DNA of 40,121 nucleotides, from the IMG/VR virus record IMGVR_UViG_3300049049_000041, positions 1 to 40,121 of that record, one strand, 5' to 3'. Each line of letters starts with the position of its first letter. The stretch's first letter is position 1. Source of the DNA: a virus (lineage: Duplodnaviria > Caudoviricetes). Of the stretch, positions 8,042-17,579 are shown piece after piece. Position numbers and translations under genes: made by a program. The notes under the pieces are model-generated. The model was not told the origin of the DNA. It saw nothing but the letters and a program-made list of their open reading frames with translations, and did not search any database.

Positions 8042-8070
8042 ATTATACAATGAGTTTACACAGTTGTCAA
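8042..8070 (-). promoter_or_regulatory. Perfect-consensus sigma70 promoter reading into the non-coding region
   Basis: TTGACA-17 nt-TATAAT. Confidence 0.9.
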
Positions 8071-8105
8071 GTTAAAAAGTATTAACAAACACATGCAAGA
8101 GGACA

Positions 8106-8462
8106 ATGCAGATGCCGAACGGTTCTGATATGTGGGGTCCTGATGGGCACTCTCTACTTGTTGGTAAGTCGCCTCGTCGCAGTGGTCTATCTGTAATCTT
8201 TGCACATCGTTTTGGTCGAGCTTTTGGTGCAATCATCAAGCAGCTTGTGAATGGTAATGTCGGTGGCACTGCTACTGCTACTCACACTCGCATTCTTGCT
8301 AAAGAAGCTGATGGTAGTTTCAGCGGTGCTCGCACTATTGAAACGGTCAATCTTGTTAATCGTGCAACCACTGCAGCTGATCAGACTGAGATTAGTAATG
8401 TGATTTCTCGTGATACTTCTGCATATACTAGAGATCTATCTGGCAATGGAAGCAGAGGTTAA
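8106..8462 (+). CDS. Hypothetical protein, first gene of structural arm
   Basis: GAGG RBS; codon style matches structural genes. Confidence 0.8.
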   Translation: MQMPNGSDMWGPDGHSLLVGKSPRRSGLSVIFAHRFGRAFGAIIKQLVNGNVGGTATATHTRILAKEADGSFSGARTIETVNLVNRATTAADQTEISNVISRDTSAYTRDLSGNGSRG

Positions 8463-8467
8463 TAACT

Positions 8468-9403
8468 ATGGCTAGACTTGCAGATACTATGTCGCCTGAA
8501 CAGCAAGCATTGTTTGCGAAAGGCTACATTAGTCGTATGGGCCTGCCACCTACTGCTGAAAATATGAATAGAGCAATGCAGATGCTTTATTCTAGTGAAG
8601 TTGTTGATCCTGCTATCGCAAATGCAGGTAACAATGCTTCACAAGCTGATTGGGTTGCGGATCCGTACAATATTGGTGGCAGTGGCGATCCTGGTTTGCA
8701 AGTTGCCCCTGCTGCTGCGGCCCCTCAGAGCATCAAGCAGAGCGGTCCTTCTGGTGGCGCTGCTGCACCTAGCCCGCAAGCTTCCACTGCCCCTGTGCCT
8801 GCCCGCAAGCCTAGCCAGATGGCGTCCGTAGAACAGGCACCTCCTGCTGCTAGTCCTGCTGCTGGAACTGCACCTAGCGATGATGAAATGTCGCTTGGCT
8901 TTGTTCCGTTCGTACCGATGCCTGCTAAGGTTCCTCAGAATAGTGCTACTGGAGTTGCAACTGTTGCTCAACAGAATAAGCAGCCGTCTGTTGTTGATCC
9001 AATGGAACAGGCGCTCGCTCGTGGCGGACTTAGTATTGCTTCTGATGGTATTGTTGATGCTGAGTTTGAAGATGTGACAGGTCATAAGTTAAATGACAAG
9101 TCACAGAAGCCTAATACAGTAGAAGGCACTGGTAATCAAAAGAGACTACCTGGATCTGAAACTGTTTATGCTAATGCTCCTGCTGCTCAGAATGAACTTC
9201 CTGCGCCTAATGCTAGCAATAGGCCAGAACAGTTTACTCCACACGAACAAGGGCCACCGCCTACTGATGGTTTGAAGAGAGTGACTATCGGAAAGGGTGA
9301 TGTATATATCAACCCACAGACTGGTGATATATACGATGCTGCTGGTCGTGCTCTTAATCATAAGTTTGATCTGCAACTGCTTAAAGCACTGAGGGTTCTG
9401 TAA
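8468..9403 (+). CDS. Ala/Pro/Gln-rich, largely low-complexity protein
   Basis: 311 aa ORF with GAGG RBS, directly upstream of terminase. Confidence 0.8.
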   Translation: MARLADTMSPEQQALFAKGYISRMGLPPTAENMNRAMQMLYSSEVVDPAIANAGNNASQADWVADPYNIGGSGDPGLQVAPAAAAPQSIKQSGPSGGAAAPSPQASTAPVPARKPSQMASVEQAPPAASPAAGTAPSDDEMSLGFVPFVPMPAKVPQNSATGVATVAQQNKQPSVVDPMEQALARGGLSIASDGIVDAEFEDVTGHKLNDKSQKPNTVEGTGNQKRLPGSETVYANAPAAQNELPAPNASNRPEQFTPHEQGPPPTDGLKRVTIGKGDVYINPQTGDIYDAAGRALNHKFDLQLLKALRVL

Positions 9404-9405
9404 TC

Positions 9406-10014
9406 ATGCTAGCCAACGCTGATGAACCATTGGTGTTGGCAGACGGCACTAAGATAGATCCTAAGACTGGCTCTGTTATTAGAGAGAAGCGGTCATTTGT
9501 TGAAGTGCCTAGTAATACACAAGCACAGAGACAAGTGGCCGCTACTCGTCGTCGCCTTGCCGATTTGCCTGCACCACCTAAAACAATGAATGCTGTTTCA
9601 GTTGTTGTCTCGTACACGCTGTTCGGTCTTAGTGACACTGACATGGCGATTGCTACAGGCATGACAGTTGAACAGATTGAACGCATTAAAGAACTAGATG
9701 CTTTCAAGAGTATGCTAGATACTGTATCGAACAACATTGTCAGCAATGATGTTGATGATGTACGTACGATGTTTAAAGTGCAAGCTAAGCATGCGGCAAC
9801 AAAGCTAGTAGAGCTTGCAGACAGTGAGAATGAAGTAGTTGCTCTGAAAGCTAGCCAAGATATCTTGGATCGTGCTGGCCATCGACCTGCTGATGTTGTT
9901 GAACATAGGCATGCAATGGACGGCGGTCTCACTATTAAGGTTATTAAACAGGACAATACAGTGAAAGCACCTGAAATTGATCTAGATCCAACAGATATAA
10001 CTGAAGTGCTGTAA
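9406..10014 (+). CDS. Putative terminase small subunit
   Basis: HTH (DTDMAIATGMTVEQI), ALKASQDILDRAG motif, position before TerL. Confidence 0.7.
   Translation: MLANADEPLVLADGTKIDPKTGSVIREKRSFVEVPSNTQAQRQVAATRRRLADLPAPPKTMNAVSVVVSYTLFGLSDTDMAIATGMTVEQIERIKELDAFKSMLDTVSNNIVSNDVDDVRTMFKVQAKHAATKLVELADSENEVVALKASQDILDRAGHRPADVVEHRHAMDGGLTIKVIKQDNTVKAPEIDLDPTDITEVL
9852..9871. promoter_or_regulatory. 20-bp palindromic motif copy (intragenic)
   Basis: TAGCCAA GATATC TTGGATC. Confidence 0.7.
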
Positions 10015-10024
10015 GGGGAGTATA

Positions 10025-11584
10025 ATGATTAGGCCAGTCTTCAAACTCTATGAAGGATCGCTACAAGAGAGATATCTAAATAGCAAAGCAAAGATCCAGA
10101 TGATGGGTGGTGGTTTTGCTAATGGCAAGACTACTTCTACAGTCATTAAGACACTGCGTGTTGCGAAGGACTATCACGGTGCTAACATTTTGATGGCACG
10201 TTCTACGTATCCCAAACTGAATGATACGCTTCGTAAAGAGTTTCTTAAGTGGTGTCCTACTGAATGGATCAAGCGTAAAGCTCTCAGTGAAAACATTGTG
10301 GAGTTGAAGAATGGTACTACCATTAACTTTCGTTACATTCAACAGCAGGGAAAGAGTAACGGCGAGAGTTCTACTAGTAATCTTCTATCTGCTACTTATG
10401 ATCTCATTGTTGTTGACCAGATTGAAGATCCAGAGATTGAGGCGAAAGACTTTGATGACTTGTTAGGCCGTCTTCGTGGTAATGCTGTTTACCATGGTGA
10501 TGATCCTACAATGCCGGAAACTGGTCCACGATGGATGTTTCTTACTACTAATCCAACAGCTAATTGGGTTTATAAGAAACTAGTTCGTCCGCTGCATGAG
10601 TTTAATAAAGGTAAGATTGTTCCTGAATTGCTTGTTGAAGTTGGTGATGATGGTGTCACTCCTGTTTTGAAAGATGGTAAGCCTATTCCATTGATGGAAC
10701 TCTTTGAAGGTTCTACTTATGAGAACAAAGAGAACATTCCAAAGGACTTCCTGAAGACACTAGAAGCTACTTACAAAGGACAGATGCGAGATCGCTTTCT
10801 TCTTGGTAAGTGGGCTGCGTATGAAGGATTGATCTATCAGGAATATGACTCCAATATTCATCAAGTCCCTCATCAGCAGATGGTTGATTATTATTATGAA
10901 CTAGTTCGTGATGGTTATAAGCCTACAATTGTGGAGAGCTATGATCATGGTATGGCTGAACCAGCTTGCTATCTCTTCGCTTTTGTTGATCCTTACGGCA
11001 ATGTCTGCGTGCTCGATGGCTTCTATGAAAAAGAAAGAAGCATCGACTGGTTGGTCAAGCATGGTATCAAGACAATACGCCGTACGTATAATCAACAAAC
11101 GCATGGCGATGGTAGCCAAGATATATTGGCTGATCCAGACATCTTTCGACGCAAGACAGGTAATTCGCAGACTGTTGGTATCTCGGTAGCTGGTATCTTT
11201 TCTGATGAGTATGGTATTAAGATGATCCGAGGCAATAACGATATTGAAGGCGGTATTGCTAAGGTACAGTCTTATATCAATCTACAAGAGTTTCATCGTA
11301 ATCCTTTCACTGGCAACATCGGTGCTCCATACATCTATTTCTCAGATAAGCTAGATTTCATTGACAATGAGATCGTAGATTACTTCTGGGAAAAGAATAC
11401 GTATGGTGAATGGATAGATAAGCCTAGAGACAAGAATGACCATAGTTTGGACAGTCTTAAGTATCTGCTTACCCGCCGACCGCGCATCGCACAGCTAATG
11501 CTTGCAACCCGGCAGGTTCCCAGGTATATGATGTGGTCTGAGGTAGAGCGGCAAGGCAACGCGAAGAGGCATCGCTATGGTTGA
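10025..11584 (+). CDS. terL: Terminase large subunit
   Basis: Walker A GGFANGKT, Walker B-like LIVVDQ, TTNP motif, nuclease YDHG and DHSLDSLKY. Confidence 0.95.
   Translation: MIRPVFKLYEGSLQERYLNSKAKIQMMGGGFANGKTTSTVIKTLRVAKDYHGANILMARSTYPKLNDTLRKEFLKWCPTEWIKRKALSENIVELKNGTTINFRYIQQQGKSNGESSTSNLLSATYDLIVVDQIEDPEIEAKDFDDLLGRLRGNAVYHGDDPTMPETGPRWMFLTTNPTANWVYKKLVRPLHEFNKGKIVPELLVEVGDDGVTPVLKDGKPIPLMELFEGSTYENKENIPKDFLKTLEATYKGQMRDRFLLGKWAAYEGLIYQEYDSNIHQVPHQQMVDYYYELVRDGYKPTIVESYDHGMAEPACYLFAFVDPYGNVCVLDGFYEKERSIDWLVKHGIKTIRRTYNQQTHGDGSQDILADPDIFRRKTGNSQTVGISVAGIFSDEYGIKMIRGNNDIEGGIAKVQSYINLQEFHRNPFTGNIGAPYIYFSDKLDFIDNEIVDYFWEKNTYGEWIDKPRDKNDHSLDSLKYLLTRRPRIAQLMLATRQVPRYMMWSEVERQGNAKRHRYG
11113..11132. 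promoter_or_regulatory. 20-bp palindromic motif copy (intragenic)
   Basis: TAGCCAA GATATA TTGGCTG. Confidence 0.7.
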
Positions 11585-13718
11585 AGAAGAGGGCAAGGGC
11601 AACCCTGAGCTAGAAGATGCTCTTAAGCGTGGTGGCCTTGGTAAAGAAGAAAAGACAACTGAATATCAGCCCATCTACAAAGTTGTAGGTGAGAGCAAGA
11701 TACCTGTAAGTAAGCATTTCGGCAAGATTTGGGAAGCTCGCCGAGATCAAGCATATGAATGTCGTCGTTCTTGCGAAGATGCTTGGCGAGAAGCTATTCG
11801 CTATTATGACAATGATCAGACGGCACATAGAACTAGTGGTGCTGGTGAAGTTAGTGGTAATAGGATCTATTCTCGTAGACTGAACAATCAGTTTAATGAG
11901 ACTGAGAACCTTGTATTCTCTAACACTACCACTATGCTTCCTCGTCTTTATGCCCGTAATCCTCGTGCAGAATTCACAGCTACAGTTTATGGTAATGAGG
12001 ATGCTGCTCGTGCTCTAGAGAAGCTTGTTAATAGCATCTTTAGCATGAAGGAAGCTCCTGGTATTAACATTAAGCCTAAAGCTCGTCGTGCTATTCTTTC
12101 AACGTTGCTGACGAATACTGGTATCATCAAGATTGATTGGATACAAAAAGCAGCTAGCAATGAAGAAGCATTTGCAGAGATCAAGAAGATTTCTGAAAAG
12201 CTTGGTGATAAGAACCTCAATAAGAAAGAGATCCAGAAGCTAGAAGGCCAGTTGCAGGCACTTGAAGCTTCTATTGATCTTCTATCCTCTCCTGGTCCTT
12301 TCTGTAAAGTTGTGTCTCCGTTCAATCTTCTCATCGATCCTGATGCACAAGAAGCTGATGGTAGTGATGCTCAGTGGATGATTGAAACTGACTTTCTGCC
12401 TACAGAGTTTCTTCGTGCTCGGTATATGACTGAGACGAATAAGGGACATGCCTCTATTTATGAGCCTACACACATCATTAAGAATAAGTCTGAAAGTGAC
12501 GGCGGTGTAGAGGATGAGGTAAATAACTTCACTCTTCTCAATGATAAGTCTGAACACAATCAACATGGTTTTGATAGTGTAGAGACTTATAATAGAGCAT
12601 GTCGCACAAAGGTTCACTACGTTTGGGATAAGACTACTCGCAGAGTATATATGTTCCATGACAAAGATTGGTCTTGGCCAATTTGGGTTTGGAATGATCC
12701 TCTGCAATTGCCTAGGTTCTACCCATACTTCATCCTTCATTTCCATGAGGCGATGACGGGCAGTAATCCTAAAGGAGAGATTACGTATTATCTTGATCAG
12801 CAGGACGCCATTAACTCTATCAATGATGAAATGCGTCGTTCTCGTGGTTGGGCTAAGCGTAACATCTTCTACAATAAGAACCTTATTAGCCAAGATGATG
12901 TTGAGAAGGTTCTTAAAGGTGATGATGGAACTGCTCGTGGTATTGATGTTCCAGAAGGGCAGAAGCTTACAGATGTTATCTTCTCTCTAGCACCACCTGC
13001 ACTTAAGTTTCCTGAACTCTTTGACAAGTCTGGCCTGTATCAAGCAATTAATCGGATCTCATCTGTTAAAGAGGTAATGACAGGATCGCAGTTTAAAACC
13101 AATACAACTAACGGTGCTATCTCTGAATATACTGAAGCTGCTGATGTTCGTATTGATGAGAAGACTGATCTAATTGAAGATTGGATCGGTGAGATTGCAT
13201 GGAACGTTGCACTTCTTTGTATTGCTTATATGCCTGCTGCCGACGTTGCTAGTGTCGTTGGTGAAGATGTTGGTAATGTTTGGCAAAATATGGTTCCTGG
13301 TGAAGCTGTAAAAATGTATCGCTGCACTGTTATCGGTGGCAGTGGATCTAAGCCAACTAGTGGAGCAAAGAAGCGTGAAGCATTGGAGATGGGCCAAATT
13401 CTTGGTCAGTTTGTAACAGCTTCACCGGCAATTGTACTGCTGCTACTTAAGATCTTTGAAGAAGCATTTGATCAGTTTACTGTTACAGCAGAAGACTGGC
13501 AAATGGTAAAGACAAGTATTGAGCAACAGCTTATGGGTCAGACTCAGCAAAATGCTACAGAAGATCCAACACGTATTGGATCTCAAGAAGAACAAGCCAA
13601 GCAGCAAGTTGCTGAAATGATTAAGAACTTGCCGCCAGAGAAACAACAGCAACTTGCAGACTTGATTGAAAGTGGTATGAAGCCTACCGAAGCACTTCAA
13701 CAGATAACGCAATCGTAA
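11577..13718 (+). CDS. Portal protein
   Basis: 713 aa after TerL; VSPFNLLIDP and QQDAINSI portal-like segments; Gln-rich helical C-terminus. Confidence 0.85.
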   Translation: MVEEEGKGNPELEDALKRGGLGKEEKTTEYQPIYKVVGESKIPVSKHFGKIWEARRDQAYECRRSCEDAWREAIRYYDNDQTAHRTSGAGEVSGNRIYSRRLNNQFNETENLVFSNTTTMLPRLYARNPRAEFTATVYGNEDAARALEKLVNSIFSMKEAPGINIKPKARRAILSTLLTNTGIIKIDWIQKAASNEEAFAEIKKISEKLGDKNLNKKEIQKLEGQLQALEASIDLLSSPGPFCKVVSPFNLLIDPDAQEADGSDAQWMIETDFLPTEFLRARYMTETNKGHASIYEPTHIIKNKSESDGGVEDEVNNFTLLNDKSEHNQHGFDSVETYNRACRTKVHYVWDKTTRRVYMFHDKDWSWPIWVWNDPLQLPRFYPYFILHFHEAMTGSNPKGEITYYLDQQDAINSINDEMRRSRGWAKRNIFYNKNLISQDDVEKVLKGDDGTARGIDVPEGQKLTDVIFSLAPPALKFPELFDKSGLYQAINRISSVKEVMTGSQFKTNTTNGAISEYTEAADVRIDEKTDLIEDWIGEIAWNVALLCIAYMPAADVASVVGEDVGNVWQNMVPGEAVKMYRCTVIGGSGSKPTSGAKKREALEMGQILGQFVTASPAIVLLLLKIFEEAFDQFTVTAEDWQMVKTSIEQQLMGQTQQNATEDPTRIGSQEEQAKQQVAEMIKNLPPEKQQQLADLIESGMKPTEALQQITQS

Positions 13719-13730
13719 GGGGAGAACATC

Positions 13731-14819
13731 ATGAACGGTGATTTTAACGAGACTGAACAGAATATTCTTGGTCAGCTTGGGTTTGAAGACAATGCACCCA
13801 CTGAAACTACGCAAGAAAACATTGGGGCAGATGCTTCAAAGGAAACCACGACAACCGAAACTAACAACACCACTAACGCTGGAACTGGAGAAGGCGGTAC
13901 TGCTAACGGAACTGGTGAACAGCAGCCCAAGCAAGAAGCACAGCAGGAAAAAAAGCCGGAAGCTAATCCTGCCGATAAGCCTGTAAATAGCCAGCAACTT
14001 GCAAATGGTGATCTTAAGCTTGCTGATGGTTCTATTATTAAAGCTGGTGCTGAGCGTCGTCTCTATCAGAAGAATGTTCAGCTAGAGGCACAGATTAATC
14101 AGGGACGTCAAGTTCTTGAAAGATTGAATGGTGAAAATCAACAGCTTCGTCAAACTGTTCAGGCGTTGCAGCAGGCTAATAGTGTTGATACGCAGCTAGG
14201 TCTTTCGCCTCAGGAGAGTACTGAAGCTCGTCAGTTCATGGCTGGCTATAAGCGTGATCCTATTGGCACACTGCGAAATCTGCTTGCAAAGGCGGCTGCG
14301 GACGGGCACAATCTACAACAGATTGGTATCGGTCTTGACGGTGCGGCCATGCAGGCAGCCCTTGACCGTAGGCTTGGTCCAATTGCTAACCAGCAACAGC
14401 AGCAGGTTTCTGAACAAGAAGCTATGCGCCGTGCTGCGGAACAAGCTCAGGCATTCTTTGATGAATATCCTGATGCAATTGTTCATGAAGCAATGATTGC
14501 AGATCTTGTTAGCAAAACCGGCTGGTCACCCCACCGTGCGTATGTAACTCTCTATAAGCAGGCAACTGCTAGAGGGCTTGATTGGTCACTACCACTGGCT
14601 GATCAGCTTCGTGCGATTAATCCTCAAACGAATGCTAATCCTGGTGTGAATACTCAGCAGCAGCAACAGCCTGTTCCGCCTCAGAACCAAGTTCCGATGC
14701 CGAATGGTCGCCCAAATGCTGGTGTTGGTGTAACTCAGCCGCGTGCTCCTGTGCATGAGGCCACTAATTGGGATGACATCATTCGTACTAGCATGCGAGA
14801 AACTGGCATGCTTCGGTAA
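13731..14819 (+). CDS. Putative scaffolding protein
   Basis: Acidic disordered N-terminus, coiled coil, between portal and capsid. Confidence 0.75.
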   Translation: MNGDFNETEQNILGQLGFEDNAPTETTQENIGADASKETTTTETNNTTNAGTGEGGTANGTGEQQPKQEAQQEKKPEANPADKPVNSQQLANGDLKLADGSIIKAGAERRLYQKNVQLEAQINQGRQVLERLNGENQQLRQTVQALQQANSVDTQLGLSPQESTEARQFMAGYKRDPIGTLRNLLAKAAADGHNLQQIGIGLDGAAMQAALDRRLGPIANQQQQQVSEQEAMRRAAEQAQAFFDEYPDAIVHEAMIADLVSKTGWSPHRAYVTLYKQATARGLDWSLPLADQLRAINPQTNANPGVNTQQQQQPVPPQNQVPMPNGRPNAGVGVTQPRAPVHEATNWDDIIRTSMRETGMLR

Positions 14820-14831
14820 TGGGGATAAACA

Positions 14832-15785
14832 ATGACCATTTCTACTGTTCTTCATTCTACGCTTGAGAAGTCGCGTCGTAAGCTGATTATGGCTTCGATT
14901 AAGGCTAATGCTCTTATGGCGTGGGCCTTTGCGACTAATCGCGTTGAGTATGAGGATGGTGGCCGTAATATCACCAATCCTCTTGTCGTTGGTCGTAATA
15001 GCAATGTTACGTCTTACGAATACTATGATCAGCTTCCGGTTAACCAGACTAATGAGTTCACGACTGTTGAATATACTTGGTCGCGTGTTGCCGGTACGGT
15101 GATTATCTCTGACCAGGAAGAGGACGAGAACAAGGGCGAAGTGGCTATCTTTAAGCTGCTTAAGGGCAAGATGAACGTCCTTGAAGAGAGCATTAAGGAA
15201 AAGTTCTCTGAGTATCTGTATGGTGCGGGCGCTGGTACTGATCCTTATGGGCTAGCTGCTCTTATTCCTGATGATCCGACTTCTGGTTCTCTTGGTGGCA
15301 TTTCGCGTGCTGCTGAAACTCAGTGGCGGACTTCTGCTTATGACTTTGCAGGCGCTCTCGACAATACTAATATTGAAGAGGCGTTTGATGATATCATCAT
15401 GGATCTCACTCTTAAGGGTGAGAAGCCTGATATCATCGTCTGCGGTCGTAACATTTATCGTGCGTACCGTGCAGCAGTTCGTGACAAGGTTGTTATCAAT
15501 CTCGGTGAGACTGGTAATGGTAAACGCATGATGGATCTTGGGTTTGCTGGTGTCTCACATCAGAACATTCCCATGCTCTATGACGAAGACTGCCCGGTTA
15601 ATAAGTGCTATTTCATTAACAGTAAGTATCTGCGTCTTCATATTCTTCGTCATGTTAATATGAAGGTTAAGGAACTTTCTGCTCCCTGGACTACGGATGC
15701 GCATGGTAGGCGTGTTGTTTGGCAGGGGCAGTGGTGTAACTGGCGGGCCTACAGGACACATGCTGTTGTGTTGAACGAAGCGTGA
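14832..15785 (+). CDS. Major capsid protein
   Basis: 317 aa after scaffold; DGGRNITNPL, GLAALI, LGGISRA..WR, CYFINSKYL segments typical of HK97-fold capsids. Confidence 0.9.
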   Translation: MTISTVLHSTLEKSRRKLIMASIKANALMAWAFATNRVEYEDGGRNITNPLVVGRNSNVTSYEYYDQLPVNQTNEFTTVEYTWSRVAGTVIISDQEEDENKGEVAIFKLLKGKMNVLEESIKEKFSEYLYGAGAGTDPYGLAALIPDDPTSGSLGGISRAAETQWRTSAYDFAGALDNTNIEEAFDDIIMDLTLKGEKPDIIVCGRNIYRAYRAAVRDKVVINLGETGNGKRMMDLGFAGVSHQNIPMLYDEDCPVNKCYFINSKYLRLHILRHVNMKVKELSAPWTTDAHGRRVVWQGQWCNWRAYRTHAVVLNEA

Positions 15786-15803
15786 TCTAACATATGTTGG
15801 ATA
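15784..15803. promoter_or_regulatory. 20-bp palindromic motif copy (2 mismatches)
   Basis: GATCTAA CATATG TTGGATA between capsid stop and next RBS. Confidence 0.75.
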
Positions 15804-15819
15804 CCAGGGGAGAACGATA

Positions 15820-16170
15820 ATGGAAATGCAGCAGAATATTATGCCTCGTTTTGAGACTGAAGCTCTAGATGGCAAGGTCAATGAGGTAAAGGCTACTTAT
15901 CATAAGGACGGTAAGGGTTTCGAATATCGTGTTGAAGCCAAGCCTGCTGGTTACATGGTATTCTTTCCGCGTGGTCATTCGATCCGTGTTAGGAATACTA
16001 ATGAGCTTAAGCGGCTTGGTTTCCATAAGCAGCCCGGTCTTGTAGATATGGATAGCGGTGATATCATTACTCCTGATCAGGAAAAGGTATCTCTGAAAGA
16101 AATGTCTGCTCGTAAGACTAAGGGCCGTGGTGCAGAAATCAATCCCGTTCTAGATGCAGATAATGAGTGA
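15820..16170 (+). CDS. Hypothetical protein in head module
   Basis: GGGGAG RBS. Confidence 0.8.
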   Translation: MEMQQNIMPRFETEALDGKVNEVKATYHKDGKGFEYRVEAKPAGYMVFFPRGHSIRVRNTNELKRLGFHKQPGLVDMDSGDIITPDQEKVSLKEMSARKTKGRGAEINPVLDADNE

Positions 16171-16180
16171 GGGTTGAAAA

Positions 16181-16825
16181 ATGGCACAGCGTTTTGGTAC
16201 TTACCATCCTCGATATATCAATCGGCATGTTCCGAGTTGCTCTTATGCGAGTGATGTTCTAGATAACGGTCCCTTCATTGCGAAGCTCGGTGCGCCGGTT
16301 GCTGCTAGTGCTAATGGCATTCTGAATGACCAGAGCATTGCATCTGCCAGCGAAACGACCACGCTTCTGGAAGATACTCTTGATGCTGAGTACGGCCGGA
16401 ATGTTACTGTCATTGCCTCTGGTGCCGCCACGTCTACTGTAACGGTTTACGGGCGAGACTACCTTGGGCAGCCGATGCTTGAAACACTTACTCTTAATGG
16501 CAATAACACTGTTGCCGGTAAGAAAGCGTTCAAGTGGATCGATCGGGTTGCTTATGGGGCTACGGCAGCCACTACCATTGATCTTGGATGGGGCGACGTT
16601 CTCGGGCTTCCGTACAAGGCGCATCTCTTCATGTTTGATATGGAGAATAATGCAGCAGTTACGGACGGCACGCTGGTGGTTGGCGTTGATACGCAGACTG
16701 CTACGAGTGCCGATCCTCGTGGTACGTATGATCCGAATTCGGCTTGTGACGGTAGTAAGTCCTTTTCGGTGATGTACGTTGCGGATCGCAGTAACCTTCA
16801 TGGTGCTGCGCATTACTTCGCGTAA
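16181..16825 (+). CDS. Putative virion protein, possibly capsid decoration
   Basis: Beta-rich; VTVYGRDYLGQPMLETL motif; last gene before strong terminator. Confidence 0.65.
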   Translation: MAQRFGTYHPRYINRHVPSCSYASDVLDNGPFIAKLGAPVAASANGILNDQSIASASETTTLLEDTLDAEYGRNVTVIASGAATSTVTVYGRDYLGQPMLETLTLNGNNTVAGKKAFKWIDRVAYGATAATTIDLGWGDVLGLPYKAHLFMFDMENNAAVTDGTLVVGVDTQTATSADPRGTYDPNSACDGSKSFSVMYVADRSNLHGAAHYFA

Positions 16826-16849
16826 ACTGATATCAGTTGCGTGAAGATG

Positions 16850-16894
16850 GGGCGTGTTGCTAGTTGTCTCCCCTGCTAGCAACACGCCCTTTTT
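16850..16894 (+). terminator. Rho-independent terminator after capsid block
   Basis: 14-bp stem GGGCGTGTTGCTAG/CTAGCAACACGCCC plus TTTTT. Confidence 0.92.
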
Positions 16895-16910
16895 CCGTTT
16901 GGAGATAGCA

Positions 16911-17579
16911 ATGCAAAAGACTGTTGAACAGATTATTGTTATGGCGCAGCATGAACTCTCGCAAGTTGCGGGAACAGGCGTGCAGACTTACGCAGAAGAT
17001 CCTCTTGCTAATCTTATTCAGCAAGGATTTGATTTTGTTTATAAAGAAGCATGGTGGTCACACCTAATGCGATATGAACAGCGTACTCTTGATGGTACGG
17101 TTGGTATTATTACAACTGATCTTATTCATATCAAAGATTATAACGATATTCATACAATATATGTTGGCAATACCGATCGTAAAGTAACTGTTATGCCTAG
17201 TGATGTAAATCCATTTCGCATTACAGGCACACAGCCAAGGTTCATGTCTGCTTTAGATGCGGAACCTTCTGTATCTTCAAAGAGACTTGTACAATTTTGG
17301 CCTAAGACTGCGACTGGCTCAGTTGTGATTTATGGTCGTATGGCTGTTGATGAATTCATTGGCACCACTATTGTCCCATTCGATGCCCACTGTATTGCTT
17401 TGTACGCATCTTGGGCATATGCAGAGAATGATGGTACAAATCCTGGTCAGATTGATAAGTTGTGGAATTTGTTTGATGCTCGACTTAAACAACTGAAGAA
17501 ACAGAATAGTGATAAGCCCATCGCCCTAGATCCCTCTATGAGTGGGCATATTCCTATGGAGTGGTCAGATGTTCGGTAA
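16911..17579 (+). CDS. Putative head-tail adaptor (tail tubular protein A-like)
   Basis: Size and position; GGAG RBS before ATG 16911. Confidence 0.65.
   Translation: MQKTVEQIIVMAQHELSQVAGTGVQTYAEDPLANLIQQGFDFVYKEAWWSHLMRYEQRTLDGTVGIITTDLIHIKDYNDIHTIYVGNTDRKVTVMPSDVNPFRITGTQPRFMSALDAEPSVSSKRLVQFWPKTATGSVVIYGRMAVDEFIGTTIVPFDAHCIALYASWAYAENDGTNPGQIDKLWNLFDARLKQLKKQNSDKPIALDPSMSGHIPMEWSDVR

Noticed and set aside
7837-8043. 68-aa minus-strand ORF
   Set aside because: Start codon overlaps the -10 box, so it lies upstream of the predicted transcript start
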